Shown here in pieces: positions 12,803 through 24,779 of a stretch of DNA of 64,000 bases. Position numbers and translations under genes: made by a program. Numbering within the stretch: the stretch's first letter is position 1; each line of letters starts with the position of its first letter. This DNA comes from Vicugna vicugna (taxonomy: Eukaryota), in assembly GCA_013265495.1 (NCBI GenBank), contig MU058824.1, positions 3,437,111 to 3,501,110 on the forward strand, in the 5' to 3' direction. The notes beneath the pieces were generated by a model. The model did no database searches. It saw nothing but the letters and a program-made list of their open reading frames with translations, and was not told the origin of the DNA.

Positions 12803-13109
12803 TATTTAGTGGGTTGGACAGTGTTGCCCCCAAGATATATACAAGTCTTAATCCCCAGTACCTGTGAATGTGAATTTATCTGGAAAAAAGGGTTTTTGCA
12901 GATGTAATTAAGGATCTTGGATCCTTAGAGATCCTTGAGACCATCCTGACTTTAGGATGGGCTCTAAAGACACACAGAAACACAGAGGAGAAGATGGGAG
13001 CAAAAATTGGAGTTACATGTCAGGACATCAAGGACTACCACCAGCTACCAGAATCTAGGAGAGAAGCAGGGAACAGATTCACCCTCAGAGCATCAAGAAA
13101 GAAACAACT
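12803..13109 (+). mobile_element. MaLR LTR (MLT1C/D-like), 5' part, split by an L1
   Basis: 'taatccccagtacctgtgaatgtga...tttgcagatgtaattaag'. The LTR resumes at ~14650. Confidence 0.8.
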
Positions 13110-14650
13110 TGAAGAATAGAGCTGAAGATATCATGCTCCTTGACTGCAGACTATATCACAAAGGTACAGTAATCAAAACAGTACAGTATGGGCACAAAAC
13201 CAGACACCTAGATCAATGGAACAGAACAGAGAGCCTAGAAATAAATCCACATACTTATGGTCAATGAATCTATGATGGAGGAGGAAAGAATATACAATGG
13301 AGAAAAGACAGTCTCTTCAGCAAGTGGTGCTGGGAAAACTGGACAGCTACATGTAAAAGAATTAAATTAGAACATTTTCTCATTCCATATACAAAAATAA
13401 ACTCAAAATAGATTACAGGCCTAAATGTAAGACCAGAAACCATAAAATTCCTAGAAGAGAACTTAGGTATAAATTGTAGCAACATATTTTTGCTCCTAAG
13501 GCAAAGGAAACAAAAGCAAAAATAAATGGAACCTAATTAAACTTGAAAGCTTTTGAACAGTAAAGGAAACCATTGACAAAACAAAAAGACAACCTACTGA
13601 ATGGGAGAAAATACTTACAAATGATATGACCAATAAGGGGTTAATATCCAAAATATATAAACAGCTCATAAAACTCAGTGTCCAAAAACAATCAACCTAA
13701 TTTTAAAAAGAGGCAGAAGATCTGAATAGACATTTTCCCAAAGACGTAATACAGATGGCAAAAGGCACATGAAGACGCTCAACATCACTAGTCATCAGAG
13801 AAATGCAAATTAAAAAACCACAACAAGGTATCACCTCACGCCGGCCAGAATGGCTATCATCAAAAAGACCACAAATAACAAATGTTGGCGAGGATGTGGA
13901 GAAAAGGGAAACCTGCACACCGTTGGTGGGATTGTAAATTGGGGCAGTCTCTATGTAAAACTGTATGGAAGTTCCTCAAAAAACTAAAAATAGAACTTAC
14001 CATATGATTCAACAATTCTACTCCTGGGTATATATCTGAAGAAAATGAAAATACTAATTTAAAAAGATACATGCACCCCAGTGTTCACAGAAGCATTATT
14101 CACAATAGCCAAGACATGGAAGCAACCTAAGCATCCATCAACAGATAAATGGATAAAGAAGAGGTGGCGTGTATACACAATGGAATACTACTTAGCCAAA
14201 ATAGAACGGAATTTTGCCATTGGCAGCAACATGGATGAACTTGGAGGGCATTATGCTATGTGAAATAAGTCAGATAGAGAAAGACAGATACTGTACGATT
14301 ATGAGACTTACATGTGAAATCTAAAAATTACAACTGGCAAACATAACAAAAAGAAGCAGACTCATATATACAGAGAAAAACTAGTGATTACCAGAGGGGA
14401 GAGGGAAGGGGGGGGAGAAAATAATGGTAGGGGATTAAGAAGTACAAATTACTATGTATAAAATAAGTAAGCTACAAGGATATACTGCACAGGATATACT
14501 GCACAGCACAGGGAATACAGCCAAAATTTCATAAAAACTTTAAATAGAGTATAATCTATAAATTTTTTGAATCACCATGTTGTATGCTAGAAAGTAATAT
14601 AGTATTGTAAATCAACTATACTTCAATTTTTAAAAAAATTAAAAAATAAA
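13110..14650 (+). mobile_element. 5'-truncated L1 (ORF2 C-terminal region plus 3'UTR), decayed
   Basis: ORF-track fragments ([41 protein letters not shown]) are L1 ORF2. A-rich tail. Diverged TSD aagaaagaaacaact / aaaaaggagccaact. Confidence 0.93.
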
Positions 14651-14760
14651 AAAGGAGCCAACTCTGCTGACATCTTGATGTTGGGCTTCTAGCCTCCAAA
14701 ACTGAAAGAACAAATTCTATTGTTTTAAGCCATCTAGTTTGTGCCCCAGGAAATGAGTAT
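14650..14760 (+). mobile_element. MaLR LTR, 3' part
   Basis: 'ctgctgacatcttgatgttgggcttctagcctccaaaactg...ttgttttaagccat' continues the LTR begun at 12803. Confidence 0.8.
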
Positions 14761-15199
14761 GGGCTGCAACCTTGCTGTTCCATATCTGCATGCCTCTACC
14801 AACAAGATTCCTTCTCCTTGAAGGGCTCTTCCCCTTTGTTATGCTGGAAATATTTTACTATGCTATGAAGACCCATTGGAATGTTAGGCCAGGAGTTAGC
14901 AGCCTATGGGCCATGGTCCTCCAATGCTGGTGCAGGAAAGTTTCACAAGCATGCTTCTCAGATACACTTTCTACTTCTTAGGTCTGCGAAGTCAAATACT
15001 GCCCTCCTCCAGGCCCCAACAGTTGGACACTTGCCTTGTGACCAGTTTTCTTCTTGGCCCCACATGGGCAAAGCAGACAACAGAACTGAGGATGGCCTGT
15101 GGACTACTGATCCTTGCCCATTATTTTTCCCTCGAGAATATTCCCAATTCAGTGAAAAGACATTAAAATGTTTCCAGTAGATTATGAGTGAAACTAGAC

Positions 15200-16080
15200 T
15201 TCTGTTTTGACGTATGTGTAATCTGTGAAACCATTACCGCAATCAAGATAACGAAGGTACTCACCACCCCCAAGATTCCTTGTGCCCCTTTGAAATCTCC
15301 ACTTCCTGTCCTACCCAACCATTCCCACCCCTAGGCAACCAGGGATCTGCTTTCTGTTACTATAGATGAATTTGTATTTTTTGTAGTATTCCATTGTGAA
15401 TTTTACCTTATTGGGTGCTGCATATTTTTGTATTCCTATACATATTCTTGAGCTTTGTTCTTGGAATTGGTTAAGTTATTTGGAAACAGCTTTACTCTTT
15501 CAGGTCTTGCTTTTTTAAGCTACTCAGGCAGAACCAAAGAAGAGCTTAGACGGGCGCCAATTTTCCCCCTTTACCGAGGCGAAAACTCTTCTGGGTACTG
15601 TAGTCAGTGCTGCATGAACTATGAGGTTTTTCACTGACTGGTGAGAACAGAAACTACCGTTGGCCCTGTGTGAGCTCCACCTATAGTTCCCTCTAATCCT
15701 CTCAGGGGGCTTCCTCACACATACGCACTGACCAGTACTTAGCTGGGGCCTCTCTGCAGATTTCTGGGTTCTCTCTCTAGGCTGCTCTCTCCTTTCAGGT
15801 AATCCGACCTACAAACTCTAGCCACTTTGGCTTCTCCAGGCTCTCAGCTCTGTTTCCTCAGTGAGGCTTCTCCTGGGTTTCCCCTCCTTGCTCCACAATC
15901 AAGAAACTCTCCAAGCAGTCAGATGAGGCAATCAGAGGGCCATCTATCAAGGTTCAATCTTTCCTTGTCTGTGTTCAATATCTTGAAAACTGCTTCACAT
16001 ATTTTTTTTTCACATTGTTTCAGGATGGAGGGTATATCTGGTCCTGTTACTCCAATCTTGGCTGAAAGTAGAAATTCCTG
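15200..16080 (-). mobile_element. Old L1M (L1MB/MC-type) fragments
   Basis: 'ctgtgaaaccattaccgcaatcaagata...ggcaaccagggatctgctttctgttactatagat' is an antisense L1M 3' end, followed by further L1M-like sequence. Confidence 0.6.
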
Positions 16081-16315
16081 AAACTAGTCTTGATAATGAC
16101 TATGATATATGCTGCAATAAATTTGATATTCTGGACTCTTTCATGTTGCACTGTCACATGTGGGCACCACAAGTTGATAAACTCTTTATTGAGAAGTTAC
16201 ATATAGTACATCAAAATAGAGTTGTATTCTCTGCATTCAAAAATAATTTTAAAAACATTTTGGTGTAAAACTGCCAAGTAGTCTTTTGTGGGAAGGACTA
16301 TTCGGAGCTTATGGT

Positions 16316-16700
16316 TGTAGCAGATGACATGTTTCACATTCCTGTGTCTGTCAGCACGCTGCCTCTTCACTGCCCAAACCCACTCTGCCTGCGTGCACAG
16401 AGAGCCAGAGTTGAAAGGCTCCCGGAGCAGCTCTTAAAACAATGACTGACTTAAAACAAAAATGCTACACAGACACACATACTCCTTTGCCCCTGATCAA
16501 GCCATGGCCCATGCTGTCTCTAGTACTCAATTGGGAGTCTGAGAGCCACCCTCTGTGGGACCTTGACTTGATAAGGCATCCAGTTTGGATTCATTCTCTT
16601 CTCTTACCATCCCACTTCCCTACTCCCTTACTGGATTTTATTGGAGGCATTTCCTCATACATCACTTTAAAAACTGATATATTTCACAGTTTTTAGATGG
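16316..16700 (+). mobile_element. Ancient ERVL LTR (LTR16/LTR33-like)
   Basis: Starts tgtagcagatg. 'gagcagctcttaaaacaatgactgac' and 'cccacttccctactcccttactgg' resemble the LTR16 group. Confidence 0.45.
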
Positions 16701-17341
16701 CTTACAATGTCCATCATATATGTTAAATATACATTAAATGCACTAGAAACTTGTTTTCTTTGGATAGAGCAACTTTATCACGTGAAATGATTCATTGCAT
16801 GGCATGTGCTGCATGTCTTCCAATGGTTAGTACTTCTTTGGAGTCAAACCCTAAGGGCTTGTGCTGGACTTGGGTCCTGGTGATGGCTTCTACAACCTAG
16901 TGACATTCTTAACCAATCAAAAGTCCTACTAGATAGGCTCCAACCCTCTCCACCCCACCACCCTCTGCATCAGCTGACTCCCTCTTTCCTCACACATCCT
17001 ATATTTACCTCAACAGAGCTAACACCTCCGCCTGGTGCTCTAGCATTTGTATTCATGCTTCCTGGTTTTACTAATATGTAATTCCCTTCAGCTGGCTAAG
17101 CTGCCAGTAGCCCTGTCCCTCCACAAAGGGGTCCAAATGGTCTGCAGATCTTTATGCCACAGAACTAGCGGGCCTTATTTCAGATGAATGGGACTTGTCC
17201 CACCAAACTCTCAAATACCAGCATAGTATGATGAAAGTCTAAGCTTTATAAGACAAGGGTACATCCTGTCAGATGCGGCAGGCAACCTGCACTCACCCCT
17301 CCTGGTGAGAATTCCTTTGTGAAATGGGTTAGGGTTTCAAT

Positions 17342-17495
17342 TAGGGTTTCTCAGCCTTAGCAGTACTGACATTTTGGGCTGGTTAATTCTTTGTTGCAGG
17401 GAACTGTCTTGAGGATCATAGGATTCTAGCAACATTCCTGACCTCTACTCACCAGATGCCAGCAGAACCCTCTGAATTGTGAAAATCAAAAATGA
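17342..17495 (+). mobile_element. MER20 (hAT-Charlie) fragment
   Basis: 'gggtttctcagccttagcagtactgacattttgggctggttaattctttgttg...cctctactcaccagatgccagcag'. Confidence 0.85.
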
Positions 17496-17719
17496 TAAGA
17501 TCAGGGGATCACGATAGTGATGAAAGAATGAAAGGCTGTTATTTTGTATGTAATGTTTTGTTGGCAGAATTTTCAGTTGTTTCTTATGAGCAGCTTCTTT
17601 CCATATCTTTTATGAATAGATTATTGATAATTATTAATGCTGTCTCTCCTTACACAAACAGAGCCCACATCAATCCTCTCACTGCAGCACTAACAATGTT
17701 TTTTTTTGCCCATCAGAGT

Positions 17720-18160
17720 GGCAAAGAGAAAAAGGAATGAAAACATTCCATGTTATTGTGGGACTGGAGAGATAAACACTTTCATACACTGCCAGGACTG
17801 TATTTTGCAACGTGTACTAAAACTTTTGTGAAATATATACTTTTTTTTACCCATTAATTTTGTTTTATATGGAATAATCAGAGAAGATATGATGTGTGTA
17901 GAAGGATTTTTTTTTCAAATAATGAAGCTCAGAAATAATCAGAAAGTTCAAAAACAGAGCTAATTAAATAAATTTTGGTATAATGATATAATAGGATAAT
18001 CATGTAGCCATTAAAAATGATGTAGATATATGTTTGATTAGAAAGAAAGTCATTATTAAGTGGAAAACAATGTATTTACATATAGAGAAAGGTCTGGAAG
18101 GATAGATACTAAAAATTTTAACCATGTCTTTGAGTAGAAGAATCAGGTATGATTTTTATG
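17720..18160 (+). mobile_element. Old L1ME-type 3' end
   Basis: Degenerate 'atgtagccattaaaaatgatg...gaaaggtctggaaggatagatactaaaa'. Confidence 0.55.
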
Positions 18161-18181
18161 TTAAAAATTCCCCCCCCTTTA

Positions 18182-21100
18182 GGTAGTAATACTTATATAA
18201 GATGAAACAGACTTACTTTAAAACAAAGAGTGTGGCAGAGATGAGGAAGGATATTACACAATGATAAGGGGCTCTATCCAACATATACAATTGTAAACAT
18301 ACATGCACCCAAAATAGGAGCACCTAAATATATAAAGCAAATATTAACAAACATAAAGGAAGAATTTAAAAATAATACCCCACTTACATCAGTGGATAGG
18401 TCATCCATACAGAAAATCAATAAGGAAACACTGGCCTTAAATGACACATTAGAACAGGTGGAGATAAACACACACACACACACACACAGAACATTCCATC
18501 ACAAAGCCACAGAATACACATTCTTTTAAAATGCACATGGAACATTCTCCAGGATAGATCACATGCTAGGCCACAAAACAAGTCTTAATAAATTTAAGAA
18601 GACTTAAGTCATATCAAGCATCTTTTCCAACCATCATGGTATGAGACTAAAAATCAACTACAAGAAGAAAACTGCAAAAAATACAAACATGTGGAGGCTA
18701 AACAATATGCTACTAAACAACCAATGGATCACTGAAGAAATCAAAGAGGAAATTAAAAAATACCTAGAGATAAATGAAAATGAAACAAAATGATACAAAA
18801 TCTATGGGACATGGCATAAGTAGTTATAAGAGGGAAGTTTATAGTGATACAAGCCTACCTCAGGAAATAAGAAAAATTTCAAATAAACAACCTACCCTTA
18901 CATCTAAAGGAAGTGGAAGAACAAAGAAAACTCAAAGTCAGTAGAATGAAAGAAATAATGAAGATCAGAGAAGAAATAAATGATAGACTAAAAAACAATA
19001 GAAAAGATCAACAAAACTAAGAGCTGGTTCTTTGAAAAGATAAACAAAATTGATAAATTTTAGCCAGACTCATGAAAAAAAAAAGGGTATAAATAAATAA
19101 AATCAGAGATGGAAAAAGGTAAGTTATAACTGTTATCACTGAAATACAAAGGATCAAAAGAGATTACTACAAATAATTATATGCCAATAAAATGGACAAT
19201 CTAGAAGAAATAAATAAATTCCTACAAATGTACAATCTCCCAAGACTGAATCAGGAAGAAATTGAAAATATGAACAGACCAATTACTAGTAATGAAACTC
19301 AGCCAATAATTAAAAAAAAAAAACAAAAACCAATAAACAACAGTTCAAGACCAGATGACTTCACAGGGAATTCTACCAAACATTTAAAGAAGAGTTAACA
19401 CTTTTCCTTCTCAAACTACTCCAAAAAACTGAAGAGGAAGGAATACTTCTTAACTCATTTCACGAGATTAGGATCACCCTGATACCAAAACTAGACAAAT
19501 ACACCACAATAAAAAGAAAATTATAGGCCAGTATCACTGATAAACACAGATGCAAAAATCCTCAACAAATATTAGCAACCTGAATCCAACAATACATTAA
19601 AAGGGTCATACACCATGATCATGTGAGATTTATTCCAGGAATGCAAGGATGATTCAACATCTGCAAATTAATTCACATTAACAAATCGATGAATAAAAAT
19701 CATATGATCATCTCAATAATGCAGAAAAAGCTTTGGACAAAATTTAACATTCATTCATCATAAAGACTCTCCACAAAGTGGGTATAGAGGGAATGCACCT
19801 CAACATAATAAAGGCTACCTATCAGAAACCCACAGCTAACATCATACTCAACAGTGAAAAGCTGGAAGCATTTCTTCTAAGATCAGAAACAAGACAAGGA
19901 TGTGCATACTCACCATTTTTATTCAGCATAGTGCTGGAAGTCCTAGTCACAGCAATAAGACAAGAAAAAGAATAAAAATAATCAATATTGGAAAGAAGAA
20001 AGTAAAACCTGTTACTGTTTGTAGATGACACTATAACATATACAGAAAATCCTAAAGATGCCACTGAAACACTATTAGAACTAATAAATGATTTTGTAAA
20101 GTTGTAAGATACAAAATTAACATAGAGAAATTTTTTGTGTTTCTATATACTAACAATGAACTATCAGAAAGAGAAATTAAGAAAACAATACTATTTACAA
20201 CTGCATCAAAAAGAATAAAATACCTAGGAATATATCTAACCAAGGAAGTAAAAGACCTGTACTTGGAAAACTCTAAAACACTGAAGGAAACTGAAGATGA
20301 CAAAAACAAATGGAAAGATATACTGTGCTCATGGATTGGAAGAATTCATATGTTAAAATGACCATACTACCTAAGGCACCCTACAGATTCAAAGTAATTT
20401 CTATCAAACACCAATGGCATTTTTCACAGAACTAGAATAAACAATTCTAAAATTTGCATGGAAACACAAAAGACCATGAATAGCCAAAATAATCTTGAGA
20501 AAGAAGAACAAAGCTGGAGGTATCATGCTCCCTGACGTCAAACTATACTACAAAGCGATAGTAATCAAAACACTATGGTACTAGCACAAAAAGAGACATG
20601 CAAATCAATGGAACAGAATAGAGTACCCAGAAATGAAACCATATTACACGGTTAATTAATCTGCAATAAAAGTGTCAAGAAAATACAATGGGGAAAAGAT
20701 ATCTTCTTCAATAAATGGCATTGAGAAAACTGAACATCTACATGTAAAAGAATCAAACTGGACTATTTTCTCATACCATATTCAAAAATAAACTAAAAAT
20801 GGATTAAAGACTTAAATATAAGACCTGAAATCATAAAACTTCTAGAAGAAAACATAGGCAGCGGATACTCTCTGCATTGGTTTTAGCAATATAGTTTGGG
20901 ATAGATGTCTTCAGGCAAGGGAAACAAAAGCAAAAATAAACAAATGAAACTACACAAAACTAAGAAGCTTTTGCACATCAAAGGAAGCTATTAACAAAAC
21001 AAAAAGGCCACCTACTGAATGGGAGAAGATATTTGCAAACGATATATTTGGTAAGAGGTTAATATCCAAAATATACAAAGAATTCACACAACTCAACATC

Positions 21101-21990
21101 AAAAAACAACCCGATTAAAAACTGGGCAGAAGACCTGAATAGACATTTTTCCAAAGAAGACATACAGATGGCCAGGCACGTGAAAAGATGCTCAACATCA
21201 CTAATCATCAGGGAAATGCAAATCAAGACCACAATGAGATATCCCCTTACATCTGTCACAATAGCTATTATCAAAAAGACAAGAAGTAAGTGTTGACAAG
21301 GATGTGGAAAAAAGGAATCCCTTGTGCACTACTGGTGGAAATGTAAATTGACAAAGCTACTATGGAAAACAGTTTGGAGGTTTTCCTCAAAAAACTAAAA
21401 CTAGAGCTACCATACAACCCCAGCAACTCCATTCCTGGGTACTTTTTCCAAAGAAAACAAAAACACTAATTTAAAAAGATATATGCACCCCTATGTTCAA
21501 TGCAGCATTATCTACAATAGCCAAGATATGGATGCAACCTAAGTGCCCATCACTTGTATGTGGAGTAATAAACAAAACAAAGAAACAGGCATAATAAAAC
21601 ATGAACAGACTCATAGAGAACAAACTAGTGTTTGCCAGAGGGGAGAGGAGTGGGGATGAGTGAAAAAAGTAAGGGAGATTAAGAGGTACAAACTTCCTGT
21701 TATCAAGTAAGTCACAGGGATGTATGTACAGCATCAGGAATACAGTCAATAATACAGTAACTTTGTAAGATGACAGATAGTAACTAGACTTACCATGCAT
21801 AAAAAATATCAAATCACTATGTTGTATACTTAAAACTAATACAATATTGCAAGTCAATTATACTTCAATAAAAAAAGAGGTACAAACTTCCAGTTACAAA
21901 ATAAATGAGTCACAGCGATGAAATGTACAGTATGATGAATATAGTCAATAATAGCTTCTGTATGGTGACAGATAACTAGAAAAAAATTAA
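18182..21990 (+). mobile_element. ~3.8-kb L1 (ORF2 endonuclease-RT-3'UTR), inactivated by stops and frameshifts
   Basis: ORF fragments MDNLEEINKFL..., [16 protein letters not shown]...TRQGC and KRIKYLGIYLTKEVKDLY...WIGRI. TSD-like aaaaattccccccccttta (~18164-18181) / aaaaattttcccccttaaa (~21994-22011). Confidence 0.95.
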
Positions 21991-23244
21991 AAAAAAATTT
22001 TCCCCCTTAAAATGAATACATACTCCTTGTGTAACATGCGCTATAAGAATGCCAAACGTGAGTCAAGCTAGAACCCAGGAAAGGAGCCACTTAGGCTGTT
22101 TCTAATCAAAGTGGGACTAGAAGCAAAAGATGTTTTGAGTCTTCTCAATTTTACTAATTATGCAGATCCTTATTGTTTGGGATATCTGCTTTTCTCTTAA
22201 TCATATTTATCCATTAAAAGTCTTATTTGATTATCTAGTCTCTCTATATTTTAAACTCCCTACTCTTGTATGGGAAGTCAGTGTGTGAGCAGACTAACTA
22301 ACTGATTACCTTTAACGGAGGTGCCAAGGGCAATGAAGAGGAAATGGAGCAGAAGCTCCTCTTGTGTTTCTGTTCTTTCCTTACCATCCTAATGCCCCAA
22401 AGTGAAGCAGCTCATCTGCCTTCCTATCAGCATTAAATGCATGGACCTGAGGATAAATTACATCCCAGAACAAAATGTTTGTCTAATAAAAACCATAAAA
22501 TTTGAGAGGAAAAATAATGTGCCGAAACAAATAGAAAAAGAGCTTCCTTTCTTCCCTCCTCCAAACAATTTTCTAAGTATGAAAGGCTCTAAAAAATGGT
22601 AATCCCATTTCTGTCCTGAAAGTAGACATCCCCAGATCTGAAGGAATGCTAGTCATAGCACATCAATAATTAAATGCGCTTGTTCCAAGCCCTACTGAGA
22701 AATAATGCCAATTATCTCAAGGCTTCCTACTCTCTGAAGTTGTTTTCCATGGCTGTCACTTTTAGCACTGTTAAAAGACTGCTCACTTACCTTAGGGTTA
22801 AAACAATCCCAGCTGATGTTAGGAAGCCAAGCACCAACACACAAGGAATGCTGACACTTAGCTGAAAGCTGGGCAGTACAGGGAAGGTGGTGGACTCAAG
22901 ACACTAAGGCTGATTCTGGAGAAGAGATTCTCTCCTGCATCTCCCCCCTGCCCCCGCCCCTCACACCACAGAAAAGAGAGCTGATCCTAACAGATGTACG
23001 GCAGATTGTGTACTTCACGAAGAGTAAAACACAAATTTAAGATTCCAACATTATAAAATTATTGGAGAACATGGAGAAATATCTTTATTCCTCCATCTTA
23101 TTTTATTCTGGCAGAGAGTTAGTGCTTGGGCAATAACAGCATTTGACCCCAGTTTGTGGAGATTTTATAACTTTAGTCACTTGTCCAACCCAAGTACGCC
23201 CTTTGTTGCTCAAACTCTCATTGTCTTTTTACATAATAGATAAA

Positions 23245-23273
23245 TTTATTTACTGCATTTTAGACATTTTATT
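23245..23273 (-). terminator. Candidate ZCCHC7 polyadenylation signals (two AATAAA)
   Basis: tttatt on the + strand at 23245-23250 and 23268-23273, ~0.85 kb past the stop. Other AATAAA copies occur near 24033, 23923 and 23084, so the site actually used is uncertain. Confidence 0.4.
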
Positions 23274-24121
23274 TGTCTTATTCTAACATTAAGCTCTGAT
23301 AAGTACAAAAGGCTCACAAATACAAAAATTTCTTTATAGCTCTGTGGTAATTAAAAAACTCACGAGAACAAAACAAATTTTAAAGCTGGGCAATATTCAT
23401 CTTAAATATGTGAGGGACAATCTTCAAGTGTGACTGTAAAAATGGCAAAAACTATTTCCTTGTGATTACGTTAAAATTATGTAAAAGATGACTTTTTTCA
23501 CTTGTTTCAGGAAATCTGTCTCTCGACATTTAGTCTGGATGGAGTCTTTACCTATATTTTGCTATGAAACCCAATTCCCTGCCTCTTCAGTGCTTCAATG
23601 TTGACACCTTCATCTTCAGCCTGTGATGCTCTGGCTAGAGGAGGATGCTGACACCAGCTTCTGAAGCAAGAAAAGCCAGATTTAGATTTAGAGTAATGTT
23701 AAAAAACAAACAAAAAAAGGAATGCTGAATTTTTTTGTATCAGCATTAACTTCTCTTTTTGTAAGGATTTAATTTTCATGCTCACACTGCAGATGATGAG
23801 CTTTTATTTGATGAACTTCTATTTTTAAAAAATATTTAAAAAATTTTTTTTCTGAAACAATTAATTCTTCCTATCCGTAGGACTCTGAGTAAAATGACGT
23901 CCTGGAACAGGGGAATTCCAAGTTTATTTTTCTGTTTTCTTACCTAATAACTTGTTGCACACAGAGAACTGAGCTCTTCAAGGTCTTCAGCAGCTCTAGG
24001 TATGACTGAGATAAAAAAAAAACAAACTTCCTTTTATTTAATCATAGACAATAAAAATATTGCCAGGATGTTGGAGATATGAAGCCCAGACAAACACCGG
24101 GAAGTGATATCAGAAGCTGAC

Positions 24122-24564
24122 TCACAGCTTAGATTTTTTTTTCCTCTGCTTAATGAGAAATAGATTATCATTGCCATCCTCTTCCAAGCAGCTCTCCTTT
24201 TTCTTATGCTTGCCCCGCTTGCCCTCTTTGGGCAGCTTGTCTTCTCTTGGCTTGTGGGAATGCGATGAGTAATGGAAGGGCTTGTGAGGCTTCTGGGTTT
24301 TGAAAGTACCAGGAGAAGAGTGGACCTTGGGGCCCCTGGGAAAGTCCTCATCCACTTCGTGACACCTGTCAGCCTTCTTGTGCTTTTCACGCTCTCTGTT
24401 GTTCCTGCTTATGGTTTCTTTCTGGGTTTCTTTCTTTTCTTGAGGCCACCTGTTGTTTTTCCATGAGGCTTGGCTCTTCCTCACATCATGGTGGGGCCTC
24501 CTATCTGCTGCTTCCATATGAGGCCTCTTGAACTGTCTTGGAAAATCCCCATTTTTCTGGAGTT
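24122..24564 (-). CDS. ZCCHC7: ZCCHC7 terminal coding exon, Lys/Arg-rich tail ending ...[15 protein letters not shown]
   Basis: tttttcag|AA CTC CAG AAA AAT... joins the phase-1 G of the previous exon (E-L-Q-K-N-G). Includes ORF 24122..24517 with [11 protein letters not shown] and [13 protein letters not shown], recognised as the ZCCHC7 C-terminus. TGA at 24124-24122. Confidence 0.95.
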
Positions 24565-24779
24565 CTGAAAAATATAGAAGTATTTTTGCATATTCAGCAG
24601 GAAGACAGTCCGTGCAGAGCTTTCATAGGTCTGTGAATAACTCCACAGGGAGGAAAGCCAGATATTTAAATGCGTTAATGATACCACATTCTGAAGAATG
24701 CTTACTAAGGTAAAAATCACTCACTAAAACTTGAATGGCTGTAGTTCTATTTTTCTGAGTGCTAAACATGGAATAAATC

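Noticed and set aside
14477..14504. Short tandem duplication aggatatactgcac x2 (similar ones at ~32267 and ~48792)
   Set aside because: Common slippage duplications with no evident significance.
18182..21560. Reverse transcriptase/endonuclease-like ORFs as a possible active or novel retro-system
   Set aside because: Ordinary L1 ORF2 broken by many stops and frameshifts, with no ORF1 or promoter.
24034..24720. Additional ORFs overlapping the ZCCHC7 last exon in other frames and strands
   Set aside because: Shadows of the real coding exon.
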